Shown here piece after piece: positions 9,063-18,922 of a stretch of DNA of 64,000 nt. The stretch is from a candidate division WWE3 bacterium (GTDB lineage Bacteria; Patescibacteriota; WWE3; UBA101185; UBA10185), in assembly GCA_052035175.1 (NCBI GenBank), contig JBPOHV010000001.1, positions 853,251 to 917,250 on the forward strand, in the 5' to 3' direction. The notes below the pieces were generated by a model that was not told the origin of the DNA, did no database searches, and saw nothing but the letters and a program-made list of their open reading frames with translations. Within the stretch, counting starts at the first letter, position 1; each line of letters begins with the position of its first letter. The translations under genes were made by a program, and so were the position numbers.

Positions 9063-9437
9063 TCAAAAAAACAACTTATACCAATGATATATATTGCTTG
9101 ATTTAACATTACTACTTGTTCCTATACCTGCAGCGGAAATCACACTACTAGCTGAAGCACCCAAAACGTCATCCCCTGTTATAACGTACAAAGACTCTCC
9201 TGGTAAAACCATATTCAAATCTGTACGGGCACGGTCTTCTACATACCTATTGGTCTTTTTATAGTCTATTGAAGACTCAAGGGCTAGTTTTTTTGATTCC
9301 AGCTGGGTCACCTCAGTGTTTAACTCTTCCAAGCGTCTTGTGCTCTGTAATATAGCCAAAGTAGTCTTGGTAACGCTTATAGAAGCTAATAAGAGAAGTA
9401 TTGAAAAAAGTATGTATTTATGATGGGCAGACCTCAT
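9063..9437 (-). CDS. FtsB/DivIC-like septum formation initiator
   Basis: N-terminal TM helix, coiled coil, then 'ARTDLNMVLPGE' like the FtsB 'ARxxLGMVxPGE' motif. Confidence 0.6.
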   Translation of the reverse strand: MRSAHHKYILFSILLLLASISVTKTTLAILQSTRRLEELNTEVTQLESKKLALESSIDYKKTNRYVEDRARTDLNMVLPGESLYVITGDDVLGASASSVISAAGIGTSSNVKSSNIYHWYKLFF

Positions 9438-9529
9438 AGTTCTTACATTCTATAATAAACTAGTTAGCCAATACAATTGACGTTTAAAAGGTTGAATGCT
9501 ATTCTAACCCATAGCCCACAAGAGAATGT

Positions 9530-10408
9530 ATGTTAGACCTAAAAACAGCGCATAAACACTTTGTAGATCACCTGGAACAAGCAGGAAAAACAAAGTCTAC
9601 ACTTATTGCGTACAACAAAGATATAGAGCAGCTTATTGAATACCTTGAAAAAACAGGTTTTTCTATGATTTCTGAAATCGAATTGGACCACTTACAACAA
9701 TTTATGGATAACCTTGCAAAACAAGGCTACACCAACAAAACAATCTCACGCAAAACCAATGCAACCAAAACATTCTTCAAATTTGTAAAAGATGCCGGAC
9801 ACTTGGCAAGCAATATAGGTGAATTCTTGAAACACCCAAAACTAGAAAATAGAGCCCCTAGAATCTTATCCAAAATGGAGTATCGCGCTTTAAGAGATTC
9901 TACCCGTACTGATATTCGTACCTACGCTATGGTAGAAGTTCTTTTACAAACTGGTGTTACTATTTCTGAATTAGCTTCAATCGAAATTGCTCATGTAGAA
10001 CACGACCATGAAAAAGGTAAGCTTTTTATACCAAAAGTGAATAGCAAAGAATCAAGACATATACCTTTGAACAAAGCCGCTGTCGAAGCTATAAACAAAT
10101 ATAAAAATGAAGATAGACCTGGCATTGATAAAGCCATACATTTATTCATTACAAAAACTGGAAATCCGCTACTTATAAGAAACATAAGGTCAACTTTGAA
10201 TCGCTATTTCAAGATTGCAGGCATTGAAAACGCAACTGTAAACGATATAAGACATACTTTTGTAGCGCATCAATTGACTTTGGGTGTAAATATCATGCAC
10301 GTATCTAGAATTGCTGGTCACAAAAGATTATCTACTACCGAAAGATACCTCAATTACATCGAAATTCCTACAAATATTGGTATTAAAACCGATGTGGAAG
10401 TGCTTTAA
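9530..10408 (+). CDS. Tyrosine site-specific recombinase (XerC/XerD family, integrase-like)
   Basis: N-terminal core-binding SAM-like domain. C-terminal catalytic residues in order R…'IRHTFVAHQL' (HxxR)…'RLSTTERYLNY' (catalytic Tyr). Confidence 0.8.
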   Translation: MLDLKTAHKHFVDHLEQAGKTKSTLIAYNKDIEQLIEYLEKTGFSMISEIELDHLQQFMDNLAKQGYTNKTISRKTNATKTFFKFVKDAGHLASNIGEFLKHPKLENRAPRILSKMEYRALRDSTRTDIRTYAMVEVLLQTGVTISELASIEIAHVEHDHEKGKLFIPKVNSKESRHIPLNKAAVEAINKYKNEDRPGIDKAIHLFITKTGNPLLIRNIRSTLNRYFKIAGIENATVNDIRHTFVAHQLTLGVNIMHVSRIAGHKRLSTTERYLNYIEIPTNIGIKTDVEVL

Positions 10409-11183
10409 GTCTTTTTAAAAGATGGTCTAGTTCCTTTTAAAACTGGTTGTTTTAGCTTCGTTAAGAAGCGATTCCAATCTACTTGCCAGATATCATGGGC
10501 ATACCTTTTATCATCAAAAATCTTTACGAAGCCACAACTTTCAGCTACCCTTGCAGACTCTTTATTATTAGGTTCAATATAAGCTACTATAACTGCAGGA
10601 ACATTTACATGCCCATCATCCTCAATATCTTTGAAATCAGCCATATCGGCATAAACTTGATAAAGAGCTTGACGCACGCCAGAAGCCATCTGACCTTGGT
10701 TAGCGTTAGGATGCCTTACCCAGGATATTTGGAGGCGGGGACACTTTCTATTTGCAACTGTAGGCAAACTTTTCTCTAGTCTTTCTTTATCAAGACTATT
10801 GTGTAGATCATCATCGTTTACGTCCCGATAAATACTTACCCGACCTTGTAATTCACCTACTTCTCTATCATGATGCTTTACTGCTCTGCTCACATGAAAC
10901 ACAGCTGCTGCTTTTTCGGCAGTAAAATCAATACCATGCAACACATGATTAAGTGTATTAAAAGGGTCACCGTATTTAACTATTTGATCTTTGATAGAAT
11001 TAATTGTGGGCATATCTCCTGACACAGTAAAGCGTCTCCTGTATTCTCTAGAACTAGAAGTTTCCAAAACTCGCTGTACATCTTCTGGATCATTTGGATT
11101 AGCAGCACGTATAGCAGAGTTTTCACCAGCTATGTTGAATTGAGGAGTTTCTATTGGATATGTAGGAATAGTTTCTAAAGGCA
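10405..11183 (-). CDS. Hypothetical protein with C-terminal GNAT-like acetyltransferase fold
   Basis: The C-terminal region 'QMASGVRQALYQVYADMADF…' has the Q/RxxGxG/A-like CoA-binding pattern. Start moved to an internal Met (MPLETIP…) because the longest ORF would overlap tRNA-Ile. Confidence 0.4.
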
Positions 11184-11193
11184 TTAAATTAAA

Positions 11194-11270
11194 TGGTGGG
11201 TGATCGTGGATTTGAACCACGGACCACTCGTGTATAAGACGAGCGCTCTAACCAACTGAGCTAATCACCC
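11194..11270 (-). tRNA. tRNA-Ile with UAU anticodon (decodes AUA)
   Basis: Clean cloverleaf. Acceptor GGGTGAT/ATCACCC, D-arm GCTC-AGTTGGTTA-GAGC, anticodon stem CTCGT/ACGAG, loop CUUAUAC, T-arm CGTGG-TTCAAAT-CCACG and ACCA. Confidence 0.7.
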
Positions 11271-11279
11271 ATAAGAAAC

Positions 11280-11606
11280 CTAAACTTTGCCTTTGGCTTT
11301 GCGAGCAGCTTCCCAATCGCGATCTTGGTCTTTTTCGATCATACGTAACAATTCTTCGACGCATTCTAGCAAAGCGTGTTCCAAAGAATTGTCGGTTTCG
11401 TCTGTAAAGTACTCTTTCCCGTTTAGATTTGCAACTACCTTGACGGCAAATGCACCATCATGAACTGTATCTATGACTACACGCGCATAGCAAGCGTCTT
11501 CAGGTAAATTCGCATAACGAGAAGCCAGCCTTTCAAATTTTTGCTCGACCAAAGAAACCATACTATCAGACACTTCTATATTTGTAGATGTAACTTGAAA
11601 TTTCAT
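11280..11606 (-). CDS. hpf: Ribosome hibernation promoting factor (RaiA/HPF, short form)
   Basis: About 108 aa with the beta-alpha-beta-beta-beta-alpha pattern; 'MKFQVTSTNIEVSD…' matches the HPF/YfiA family. Confidence 0.8.
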   Translation of the reverse strand: MKFQVTSTNIEVSDSMVSLVEQKFERLASRYANLPEDACYARVVIDTVHDGAFAVKVVANLNGKEYFTDETDNSLEHALLECVEELLRMIEKDQDRDWEAARKAKGKV

Positions 11607-11623
11607 AATCTGATTTTACCAGA

Positions 11624-11875
11624 TTATCGGGCAGGAAATATTTGATTACCAGCTTCGTCAAACAAAAGGATTGCTTGAGTTGGGCAAGATTGTGCAGCTG
11701 TAATCAATTCATCATCTGAAACACTAAGTGCTCCTGGTAAAACTGTGGCGATTCCATCATTGTCTAAAGCAAATGCATTTGGCGAAATGACAACACAAGT
11801 CGCTGCCCCAATACAAGCATTTCTATCTATCTGAACTTTTGCTACTTTTCTATTTGGAGTTGTATTTTCTGACAT
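11624..11875 (-). CDS. Small ferredoxin-like Fe-S protein
   Basis: 83 aa with Cys spacing 'CIGAATCVV…C' typical of single-cluster ferredoxins. Confidence 0.65.
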   Translation of the reverse strand: MSENTTPNRKVAKVQIDRNACIGAATCVVISPNAFALDNDGIATVLPGALSVSDDELITAAQSCPTQAILLFDEAGNQIFPAR

Positions 11876-11877
11876 AT

Positions 11878-12147
11878 TTAACTTTCTGGAAAATTTATTA
11901 CTTCGTTTACGCGCTCTACCATCTCGTCTATTTCTTCATCAGACATACCATGAGTCTTTGCGCCTGACTCAATTGTATCAAATGCACTTGCAAAACAACC
12001 AATACAATGCAGACCATAGTCCATCAAAACTTCTGCGGCGTCAGGATATTGGTACGCAAAGTCTGCGATATTAGTTTCGCGCGTAATTACTACTGGCACT
12101 GCTGCCGAAGGAGTTGGTTGTGTTGCAGTTTCGTTAGTTTTTGGCAT
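11878..12147 (-). CDS. DUF1858-type small redox/disulfide domain protein
   Basis: 'GLHCIGCFASAFDTIESGAKTHGMSDEEI' matches the hybrid-cluster-associated DUF1858 pattern. Start trimmed to an internal ATG to limit overlap with the sufU stop. Confidence 0.5.
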   Translation of the reverse strand: MPKTNETATQPTPSAAVPVVITRETNIADFAYQYPDAAEVLMDYGLHCIGCFASAFDTIESGAKTHGMSDEEIDEMVERVNEVINFPES

Positions 12148-12505
12148 ATACCTCATTTGCTTTTGATAAAGCTTCCAATACAAGTTCTGCACATTTAATA
12201 CGACTAGTTGTAAGATCATCACCAAATATATCTACAACCTCTTTTTTTGTTACAGATGTAGCATCAAGTATAGACTTTCCAATAATCTTATCCAAAACTA
12301 AATCGGCTGATACTTGGCTAACCATGCACATTTCCCCAGAAAACTTTGCATCTTTCACTTTAGTATCTTCTATTTGTAACATTAATGTCATACTATCTCC
12401 ACAAGCAGGGTTTTTCTGGTCAACAACAACGCTTGCGCTATCTAGTGTCCCCATATGAGTCGGATTTTTATATATGTCTAATAATTCTTCTCGATATAAA
12501 TTCAT
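12134..12505 (-). CDS. sufU: SufU/IscU-like Fe-S cluster scaffold (sulfur acceptor)
   Basis: 'LYREELLDIYKNPTHMG…NPACGDSMTL' conserved Cys and position in the suf operon. Confidence 0.8.
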   Translation of the reverse strand: MNLYREELLDIYKNPTHMGTLDSASVVVDQKNPACGDSMTLMLQIEDTKVKDAKFSGEMCMVSQVSADLVLDKIIGKSILDATSVTKKEVVDIFGDDLTTSRIKCAELVLEALSKANEVYAKN

Positions 12506-12509
12506 AAAC

Positions 12510-13775
12510 TTAACTTAATATCCGATAAACTTTGTGCAATCCTTTTATCAGGTTATCCATATCTTCGCGCGTATTGTACAAATACATGCTCGCACGCACT
12601 GTAGCTGGAATATTTAAAGCTTTATGCAAAGGTATAGTGCAATGATGTCCAGATCTCACTGCAACCCCCTCAGAATTCAAAACAGCAGCAATATCGTGAG
12701 CGTGCAAGCCTTTGATATAAAAAGAGAGCAATCCAGTTTTTATTTCTGTATTCGCATTTCCAATTAAGGTTAATCCTTTAAAATCATTTTCTGTTAATTT
12801 TTGCAAAAGATAATCTAGCAACATTCGTTCATGAATCAAAATTTCATCAGGTTCAAAAGATGTTAAGTAATCAATCGCAGCGTGCAAACCAATTGCGCCT
12901 GCGATATCTGGAGTTCCAGCCTCAAACTTTTCTGGAACGGCTTTCCAAGTAGGTGTTAATGTAGACATTTCTAGATCCAAAATCATTCCACCGCCTACTT
13001 GATAAGCAGGCATATCTTGAAGTAATTTTTGTTTTCCGTATAAAACACCAATTCCAGTAGGCCCTAGCATTTTATGCCCAGAGAATGCATAAAAATCACA
13101 ATCCAAATTATGTACATCTACCTTCATGTTAGGAATCGCCTGTGCGCCATCAATAAAAGTTAAAATGTTGTTGTCTTTGGCTATTTTACAAAGTTTATGT
13201 GCAGGAAAAATTATTCCCAAAACATTAGAAGCATGTGGAAAAGCCAAAACTTTTACACGCTCATCAATATTCTGAGAAATACTCGAAATAATATCTTTAT
13301 GTGTAATGTTAGCTAAATTCTCTTGATCAATATTTAGATCTGCAATACGTAAAGTGGCACCTGTTTTTTTACACACCTCAACCCATGGTAAGAAGTTACT
13401 ATGGTGCTCGGCTAATGTAACCAAGACTACATCACCTTTTTTCAAATTTTGCATTCCCCAGGTATTTGCTACTAGATTAACACTCTCAGAGGTATTTCTC
13501 GTAAAGAGAATGTTATTTGAATTAGTATTCAAAAACAAACCCACTCTCTTACGCGCACTTTCATAAGCTTCAGAAGCCAACTCGCTAAGTGTATGAATAC
13601 CTCGGTGAACGTTTGCATTTTTCGATTGGTAATAATCAGAAATGGCATTAATAACTTGCAAAGGCTTCTGACTAGTCGCTGCATTGTCCAAATAAGAAAT
13701 GTTTGGATAATTTGCGAATATTGGGAAGTCAGTTTTGTTAAATAATGGGGAATTAGGTTTGTTGAAATTAGACAT
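12510..13775 (-). CDS. sufS: Cysteine desulfurase (SufS, class V aminotransferase)
   Basis: PLP-lysine region 'FSGHKMLGPTGIG', active-site Cys loop 'RSGHHC' and length about 420 aa. Confidence 0.9.
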   Translation of the reverse strand: MSNFNKPNSPLFNKTDFPIFANYPNISYLDNAATSQKPLQVINAISDYYQSKNANVHRGIHTLSELASEAYESARKRVGLFLNTNSNNILFTRNTSESVNLVANTWGMQNLKKGDVVLVTLAEHHSNFLPWVEVCKKTGATLRIADLNIDQENLANITHKDIISSISQNIDERVKVLAFPHASNVLGIIFPAHKLCKIAKDNNILTFIDGAQAIPNMKVDVHNLDCDFYAFSGHKMLGPTGIGVLYGKQKLLQDMPAYQVGGGMILDLEMSTLTPTWKAVPEKFEAGTPDIAGAIGLHAAIDYLTSFEPDEILIHERMLLDYLLQKLTENDFKGLTLIGNANTEIKTGLLSFYIKGLHAHDIAAVLNSEGVAVRSGHHCTIPLHKALNIPATVRASMYLYNTREDMDNLIKGLHKVYRILS

Positions 13776-13778
13776 AAT

Positions 13779-14381
13779 CTATAATAATGATAATACTTCT
13801 TTCAAGTTAGTAGCTAAAGTGTCATCATCCAACTTAGATAAACTACTTTCAAAAAAACCAGAAACTATGAGATCGGTGGCTTCATCTGTAGAGAGTCCAC
13901 GGCTTTTCAAATAATATAATTCTGCTTCGTTGAGTCGTCCGGTAGTTGCACCGTGAGAAGCTTTTACATCATTTGCTTCTATTTCCAAAATAGGTTGTGA
14001 ATTATTTCTAGTATCATCACCTATTACCAAAACATTGTGATATAAAAAAGAACTAGTATTTTGAGCATCTTTTTTTATGAGTATTTTGCCAACAAAATCT
14101 GATTGCGCGCCGTTTTCCAAAACCCCTTTTATAGCAGTTGTACAACTAGTGTTTGGAGCTTGGTGGTTTGCAATAGTTGAAAATTTTACAGTATTATCTT
14201 TTGGCAAGCGATATAACCCAATAATTTCTGCGGTTACACCTTGAGTATCAAAGACAGCTTCAAAAACAGCAGATTCTTTTAATTGTGAAGTATCAATCAA
14301 AAATCTTGTATCTTCACTTACATTAACACTTAAGTCTTTTGTAAGTTTTACGATTTGATTTTGCAATTTGTTACCCGACAT
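13779..14381 (-). CDS. sufD: Short SufD-like protein (SufBD domain only)
   Basis: C-terminal SufBD beta-helix homology and its position between sufB and sufS. About 200 aa, shorter than canonical SufD. Confidence 0.65.
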   Translation of the reverse strand: MSGNKLQNQIVKLTKDLSVNVSEDTRFLIDTSQLKESAVFEAVFDTQGVTAEIIGLYRLPKDNTVKFSTIANHQAPNTSCTTAIKGVLENGAQSDFVGKILIKKDAQNTSSFLYHNVLVIGDDTRNNSQPILEIEANDVKASHGATTGRLNEAELYYLKSRGLSTDEATDLIVSGFFESSLSKLDDDTLATNLKEVLSLL

Positions 14382-15781
14382 TAGCCTACCGATCCTTCCA
14401 TTTCCAACTCAATCAATCTGTTTAGCTCGACAGCATATTCCATAGGAAGTTCTTTTACAATCGGCTCGATAAAACCTGACACAATCAAACTCATGGCTTC
14501 TGGCTCAGACAAGCCACGGCTCATAAGATAAAACATTTTTTCTTCGCCAATTTTGCTTACAGTAGCTTCATGTTCAATATTAGCTCCGCTTTCATCTATT
14601 CTCATAACGGGAAACGTATCGGTTGCAGAAATATCATCTAAGATAAGCGCATCACATTCGACGCGGCTTTTTGCATTTGTAGCCAATGGACTCACATGCA
14701 CTAAGCCACGATAACTAGACCGGCCACCACCCAAACTTACCGATTTTGAGATAATCCTAGAAGACGTATTTGGGGCAAGATGTAACATTTTTGCACCTGC
14801 GTCTTGATGTTGACCTTTGTTTGCATAAGCAATAGACAAAACTTCGCCTTTTGCACCCTCGCCTACCAAGTAACAGCTGGGGTATTTCATTGTAACTTTT
14901 GCACCTAAATTGCCGTCTACCCATTCCATCACTGCATCTTTTTCTACACGTGCTCTTTTTGTAACCAAGTTGTAAACGTCGTTTGACCAATTTTGAATTG
15001 TTGTATATCTAAATCTCGCCCCAGGTTTCACGATGACCTCGACAACTGCAGAATGCAAAGAGTCTGAAGAATAAACTGGCGCGGTACAACCTTCTACATA
15101 ATGAGCAAAACTACCTTCGTCAGCAATTATAAGAGTACGCTCAAACTGACCCATATTTTGCGCATTGATTCTGAAATAGGCTTGCAATGGCCTTTTGACG
15201 TGAGTATTTTTTGGAATATACACAAAAGAACCACCAGACCATGCGGCGCTGTTTAATGCTGAAAATTTATTGTCTGCGGCTGGTATCACTGTACCAAAGT
15301 ATTCTTTTACTAAATCTGGATATTTTTGCAAAGCTTCGTCTGTGGACAAAAATATAACGCCTTCTTCTTCGAGTTCTTTTTGTAAAGAAGAATAAATAAC
15401 GCTCGAATCGTATTGTGCTTTTACACCAGACAAAAATTCTCTTTCGGCTTGAGGCACGCCCAAACGATCAAAAGTGGTTTTTATATCTTGAGGCACGTCT
15501 TCCCATGTCTTTTTTTCGTTACCTGCGGGCTTTAGATAATAATAAATTTCGTCAAAGTTTATATCAGATAGCTCTGCTCCCCACTTGGGCATTGGTTTAT
15601 TTAAAAATGCTTGATATGCGTTGAGTCTGTATTCAAGCATCCAGTCTGGTTCATTTTTGGCTGCAGAAATGGCGCGCACTACACCTTCGTCGATGCCTTT
15701 TTTTGATTTTGAAGAAGGATCTTCGGGCATATTGAAACCGAATTGAGTTTTGTAATCGTTTCTAAAATCGACTTGTGACAT
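14381..15781 (-). CDS. sufB: Fe-S cluster assembly protein SufB
   Basis: About 466 aa with highly conserved SufB C-terminal motifs ('…[41 protein letters not shown]…'). Confidence 0.95.
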   Translation of the reverse strand: MSQVDFRNDYKTQFGFNMPEDPSSKSKKGIDEGVVRAISAAKNEPDWMLEYRLNAYQAFLNKPMPKWGAELSDINFDEIYYYLKPAGNEKKTWEDVPQDIKTTFDRLGVPQAEREFLSGVKAQYDSSVIYSSLQKELEEEGVIFLSTDEALQKYPDLVKEYFGTVIPAADNKFSALNSAAWSGGSFVYIPKNTHVKRPLQAYFRINAQNMGQFERTLIIADEGSFAHYVEGCTAPVYSSDSLHSAVVEVIVKPGARFRYTTIQNWSNDVYNLVTKRARVEKDAVMEWVDGNLGAKVTMKYPSCYLVGEGAKGEVLSIAYANKGQHQDAGAKMLHLAPNTSSRIISKSVSLGGGRSSYRGLVHVSPLATNAKSRVECDALILDDISATDTFPVMRIDESGANIEHEATVSKIGEEKMFYLMSRGLSEPEAMSLIVSGFIEPIVKELPMEYAVELNRLIELEMEGSVG

Positions 15782-16506
15782 TAAAGTTCTGCGTAGCCTT
15801 TTTGCTCTATAGTATGAGCCAAAGAAGCATCACCGCTCTTTATAATTTTACCTTTTTGCATAATGTGGACGTGGTCGACATTTATATGTGTGAGAATTCT
15901 TGCGTAATGTGTGATTATCAAAAATGCTGTGTTATTAGTTTTTTTCAAATGCCCTACAGCGTTTCCAACTATTTTTAGAGCATCGACATCCAAACCACTA
16001 TCTACTTCGTCTAGAATAACTAGCTTTGGTTCGATTACAAGCATTTGCAACATTTCCATACGTTTCTTTTCTCCACCAGAAAAACCTTCATTCAGAGATC
16101 TATCTGCAAAGTCTGCAGACACATCTAACATTTCCATTTTTTCTTTTAAAATATCTCTGAATTTAATCGGCGAAAGATTTGTAGAATGGTGCTTGTTATA
16201 AAGCATTCGCAAATAATTTCTTATAGAAACTCCTGGAATTTCACTAGGATATTGAAAAGATAAAAATAAGCCAGACAAAGACCTTTCATTTGGTTCCATC
16301 TCAAAAAGGTTCTTCCCGTTAAGGGAAACTGTGCCAGCAACAACTTCGTATGCAGTATTTCCCATCAAAACCTGAGATAACGTACTCTTCCCAGAACCAT
16401 TTTGACCCATCAACGCATGTGACTCGCCAGAATTTATCTCAAGATCTACACCATTTAAAATCGAGATTTCTTCTATTTTTGCGTGTAAGTTTTTTATCTT
16501 TAACAT
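15781..16506 (-). CDS. sufC: Fe-S cluster assembly ATPase SufC
   Basis: ABC ATPase Walker A 'GQNGSGKST', signature 'FSGGEKKR' and Walker B '[10 protein letters not shown]'. Confidence 0.95.
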   Translation of the reverse strand: MLKIKNLHAKIEEISILNGVDLEINSGESHALMGQNGSGKSTLSQVLMGNTAYEVVAGTVSLNGKNLFEMEPNERSLSGLFLSFQYPSEIPGVSIRNYLRMLYNKHHSTNLSPIKFRDILKEKMEMLDVSADFADRSLNEGFSGGEKKRMEMLQMLVIEPKLVILDEVDSGLDVDALKIVGNAVGHLKKTNNTAFLIITHYARILTHINVDHVHIMQKGKIIKSGDASLAHTIEQKGYAEL

Positions 16507-16534
16507 ATTAATCTTTAACTATTTATTTCTATAA

Positions 16535-16819
16535 CTACTCGATATTTAAGTTTACATTAGTCAAAACACATTCTTTATGATAAATGGAACATATCGGATT
16601 TATTTCATATTTCACTTCTTTACCGTGTTTTTTATTAGTCAAAAGCCCCAGCTGTTTCATTTCCTTTAAGTGGTAAGAAACTGTAGGCTGTGTAAGTCCC
16701 ACAACTCGCACCAACTCGGTCACAGACGCAGAACCGTGGTCTTTTAAAAATCTATATATTTGCATTCGTGACTCTACTCCGAGCCCTGAAAAGCATTTTA
16801 CGCATGATGTCATTTGCAC
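16535..16819 (-). CDS. ArsR-family HTH transcriptional regulator (SufR-like, heads the suf operon)
   Basis: Winged HTH 'ASVTELVRVVGLTQPTVSYHLKEMKQLGLL' with N-terminal Cys residues. Confidence 0.7.
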   Translation of the reverse strand: MQMTSCVKCFSGLGVESRMQIYRFLKDHGSASVTELVRVVGLTQPTVSYHLKEMKQLGLLTNKKHGKEVKYEINPICSIYHKECVLTNVNLNIE

Positions 16820-17018
16820 GTATAGATAATATTCGATATGTGCTGATAAGTCAACTTATTGCTGAGACTAAGCGCCTACGCAAAAGGCTTTTCTCAATCT
16901 TAGCTTTGCTTTAAAAATCTTTTCTCGCTTTGGCGCTGCATATACCCTGCACTCGAAAACTCTTTTTTGCGCAAAGCTCTATTGGTTTAAATCTAATTTA
17001 TGAGTAAAATAGTCTTAT

Positions 17019-17906
17019 ATGAAAAGACTTAAAGCATTTTTTTACATCATAAATAAAAGTATCTCTGATCCTATGTGGTACAAAGACATGTTGAACACCA
17101 CCATGTCATTTAGCATGAAATATTTATTTTCATTAGCATTCTTATTATCAATCTTGGTTACAGGCAATTTGTATTTCACACTTGTACCCGAGGTAAATAA
17201 AGGCCTATCGACACTGATAAAGGAAGCCAAATTAGCATATCCACAAGATTTGGTAATAGAAATAAAAGATGGGCAATGGTTTATAAATAGACCAGAACCT
17301 TTTGTAGTACCTCTCCCAAAGACTTTTGAGAGTACAGAGTCCAATCTTCAAAAGACACCAAAGAATTTCATCGTTATGTACAAAGCAGGAACTTTAGATG
17401 ATTTGGAAAGATTCGATACTTTTATATTAGTAAACAATGTGAATGTAATAGTAAGGAATAACAACAAAATAGAAGCTTACCCAATAAAAGATGCGCAAGA
17501 CGGGAAATTGGATTACACGACTTATATATCTGCCATAGACCAACTAAGTTCGTATACTGTTTACGTAGCTCCTGTAATGCTTTCTCTTATTTTTGTCGTG
17601 GTTTTCTTGGCAAACTCGTTGTTTAGATTGATCCCTATCTTTATATCGACTATATTTGTGTGGATTATTGCAAAAGCTTTGGCCAATCAAACAAAAACTG
17701 GGTATATAACCGATTTCAACAAGATATATCGTGTGGTTTTGCATACTTCTACGTTGCCTATCCTTTTGAGTGTTGTAATGCCGTTATTGCCTCAGCAAAT
17801 AACAACTACTCAAAGCTTTGTTACGCTAATGGCGTATTTACCAACTGCTTATATAATAGGTTTTAGCGTTTATGTGCTGTCAAAGCTAAGTAATCAAAAA
17901 GCCTAA
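17019..17906 (+). CDS. Polytopic membrane protein of unknown function
   Basis: Several hydrophobic segments. No catalytic motif recognised. Confidence 0.45.
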   Translation: MKRLKAFFYIINKSISDPMWYKDMLNTTMSFSMKYLFSLAFLLSILVTGNLYFTLVPEVNKGLSTLIKEAKLAYPQDLVIEIKDGQWFINRPEPFVVPLPKTFESTESNLQKTPKNFIVMYKAGTLDDLERFDTFILVNNVNVIVRNNNKIEAYPIKDAQDGKLDYTTYISAIDQLSSYTVYVAPVMLSLIFVVVFLANSLFRLIPIFISTIFVWIIAKALANQTKTGYITDFNKIYRVVLHTSTLPILLSVVMPLLPQQITTTQSFVTLMAYLPTAYIIGFSVYVLSKLSNQKA

Positions 17907-18604
17907 AAAACTTGCGATATTATCTTTTTTTCTTCAAAATTTATTACGTTTGGATCAGCGTGGATTGCTTGTGAAGTAAGTGCAATATGGGTTTCTAGAG
18001 AGATAAAAGGTTTTGAAATATGCTCAGACATGGCATCTATTTTTACCCAACAAAAACTACCTTCATCATTGTTTCGTAATTTACCTTTGGGATTTTTTAT
18101 AACAAAGAAGTGTAAAAATTTATCTTCTAACAAATCTCCCGCCGGTGAATATACTCTTTCGTGTGTAATTGAAAACAATGTGGGAATACCTTTTAGATTA
18201 GTTTCTTGTTTGAGTTCACGATGTGCTGTTTCATAAATGCTTTCACCATAATCTACTTTGCCACTCATATAGCCTTGGCAACCATAAAACGGATGTTTTA
18301 AACGTGTATGAATCAAAGCTTCTGTATTCTTTTTACGCAAACATATCAAAATTACTGCTATTTTAGCTTGAAGCTTGAGGCTACTGTTGGTATCTATACG
18401 ATTGGCAAACTCTTTACCCAAAGCAGTCAAGCTGTACAAACCATCTTTTTTTGAAATATATCCTGTAGTGATCAATTGCTTTAGATGAAAGTTAAAGCTA
18501 TTGTTTTCGATAGTACTGTATGGCTTTAATATTGAATACGTAAGATCTGGTGAAAATAATAGTTTTTCTAGGATTTTTAATTGTAAATCATGAAACTGTT
18601 TCAT
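17903..18604 (-). CDS. Winged-HTH plus NUDIX hydrolase fusion protein
   Basis: NUDIX box 'GKVDYGESIYETAHRELKQETNL' (Gx5Ex7REUxEExGU) preceded by a wHTH-like N-terminal domain. Confidence 0.65.
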   Translation of the reverse strand: MKQFHDLQLKILEKLLFSPDLTYSILKPYSTIENNSFNFHLKQLITTGYISKKDGLYSLTALGKEFANRIDTNSSLKLQAKIAVILICLRKKNTEALIHTRLKHPFYGCQGYMSGKVDYGESIYETAHRELKQETNLKGIPTLFSITHERVYSPAGDLLEDKFLHFFVIKNPKGKLRNNDEGSFCWVKIDAMSEHISKPFISLETHIALTSQAIHADPNVINFEEKKIISQVF

Positions 18605-18716
18605 TCAGATAATAAATACACTAATTGCCCATTGTTGAAAAGGCAAGTTTAGTTGTCCTAATGAATATGTTATGAACAAAGTCTAAATGCTATGATAAAA
18701 TCCTAGTGTTTATAGA

Positions 18717-18780
18717 GGCATTCCCCTGTCTGGCTAAAGCCAGCGCCTACGGCTAATGCGCAGTGGTGGAACAGGAAGCT
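18717..18780 (+). pseudogene. tRNA-Asn 5' fragment (pseudo-tRNA) with internal insertion
   Basis: 'aggcattcccctgt' and 'ggtggaacaggaagct' match the 5' acceptor-to-anticodon-stem part of the downstream tRNA-Asn. A 35-nt insert replaces the D-loop, and there is no 3' half. Confidence 0.4.
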
Positions 18781-18825
18781 TTATTGAAAAAATAGATATT
18801 AAAAAACAAGATAGTAATAGGTCAT

Positions 18826-18900
18826 TCCCCTGTAGCTCAATGGTGGAGCAGGAAGCTGTTAACTTCAAGGTTCGTGGTTCGAGTCCACGCGGGGGAGCCA
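18826..18900 (+). tRNA. tRNA-Asn (GUU)
   Basis: Acceptor TCCCCTG/CGGGGGA, D-arm GCTC-AATGGTG-GAGC, anticodon loop CUGUUAA, T-arm CGTGG-TTCGAGT-CCACG and terminal GCCA. Confidence 0.85.
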
Positions 18901-18922
18901 ATTAGTACTTATTATACCCAAT

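Noticed and set aside
11184-11220. N-terminal extension of ORF 10405..11220
   Set aside because: It would overlap tRNA-Ile(UAU). An internal Met at 11183, preceded by a purine-rich stretch, gives a non-overlapping CDS.
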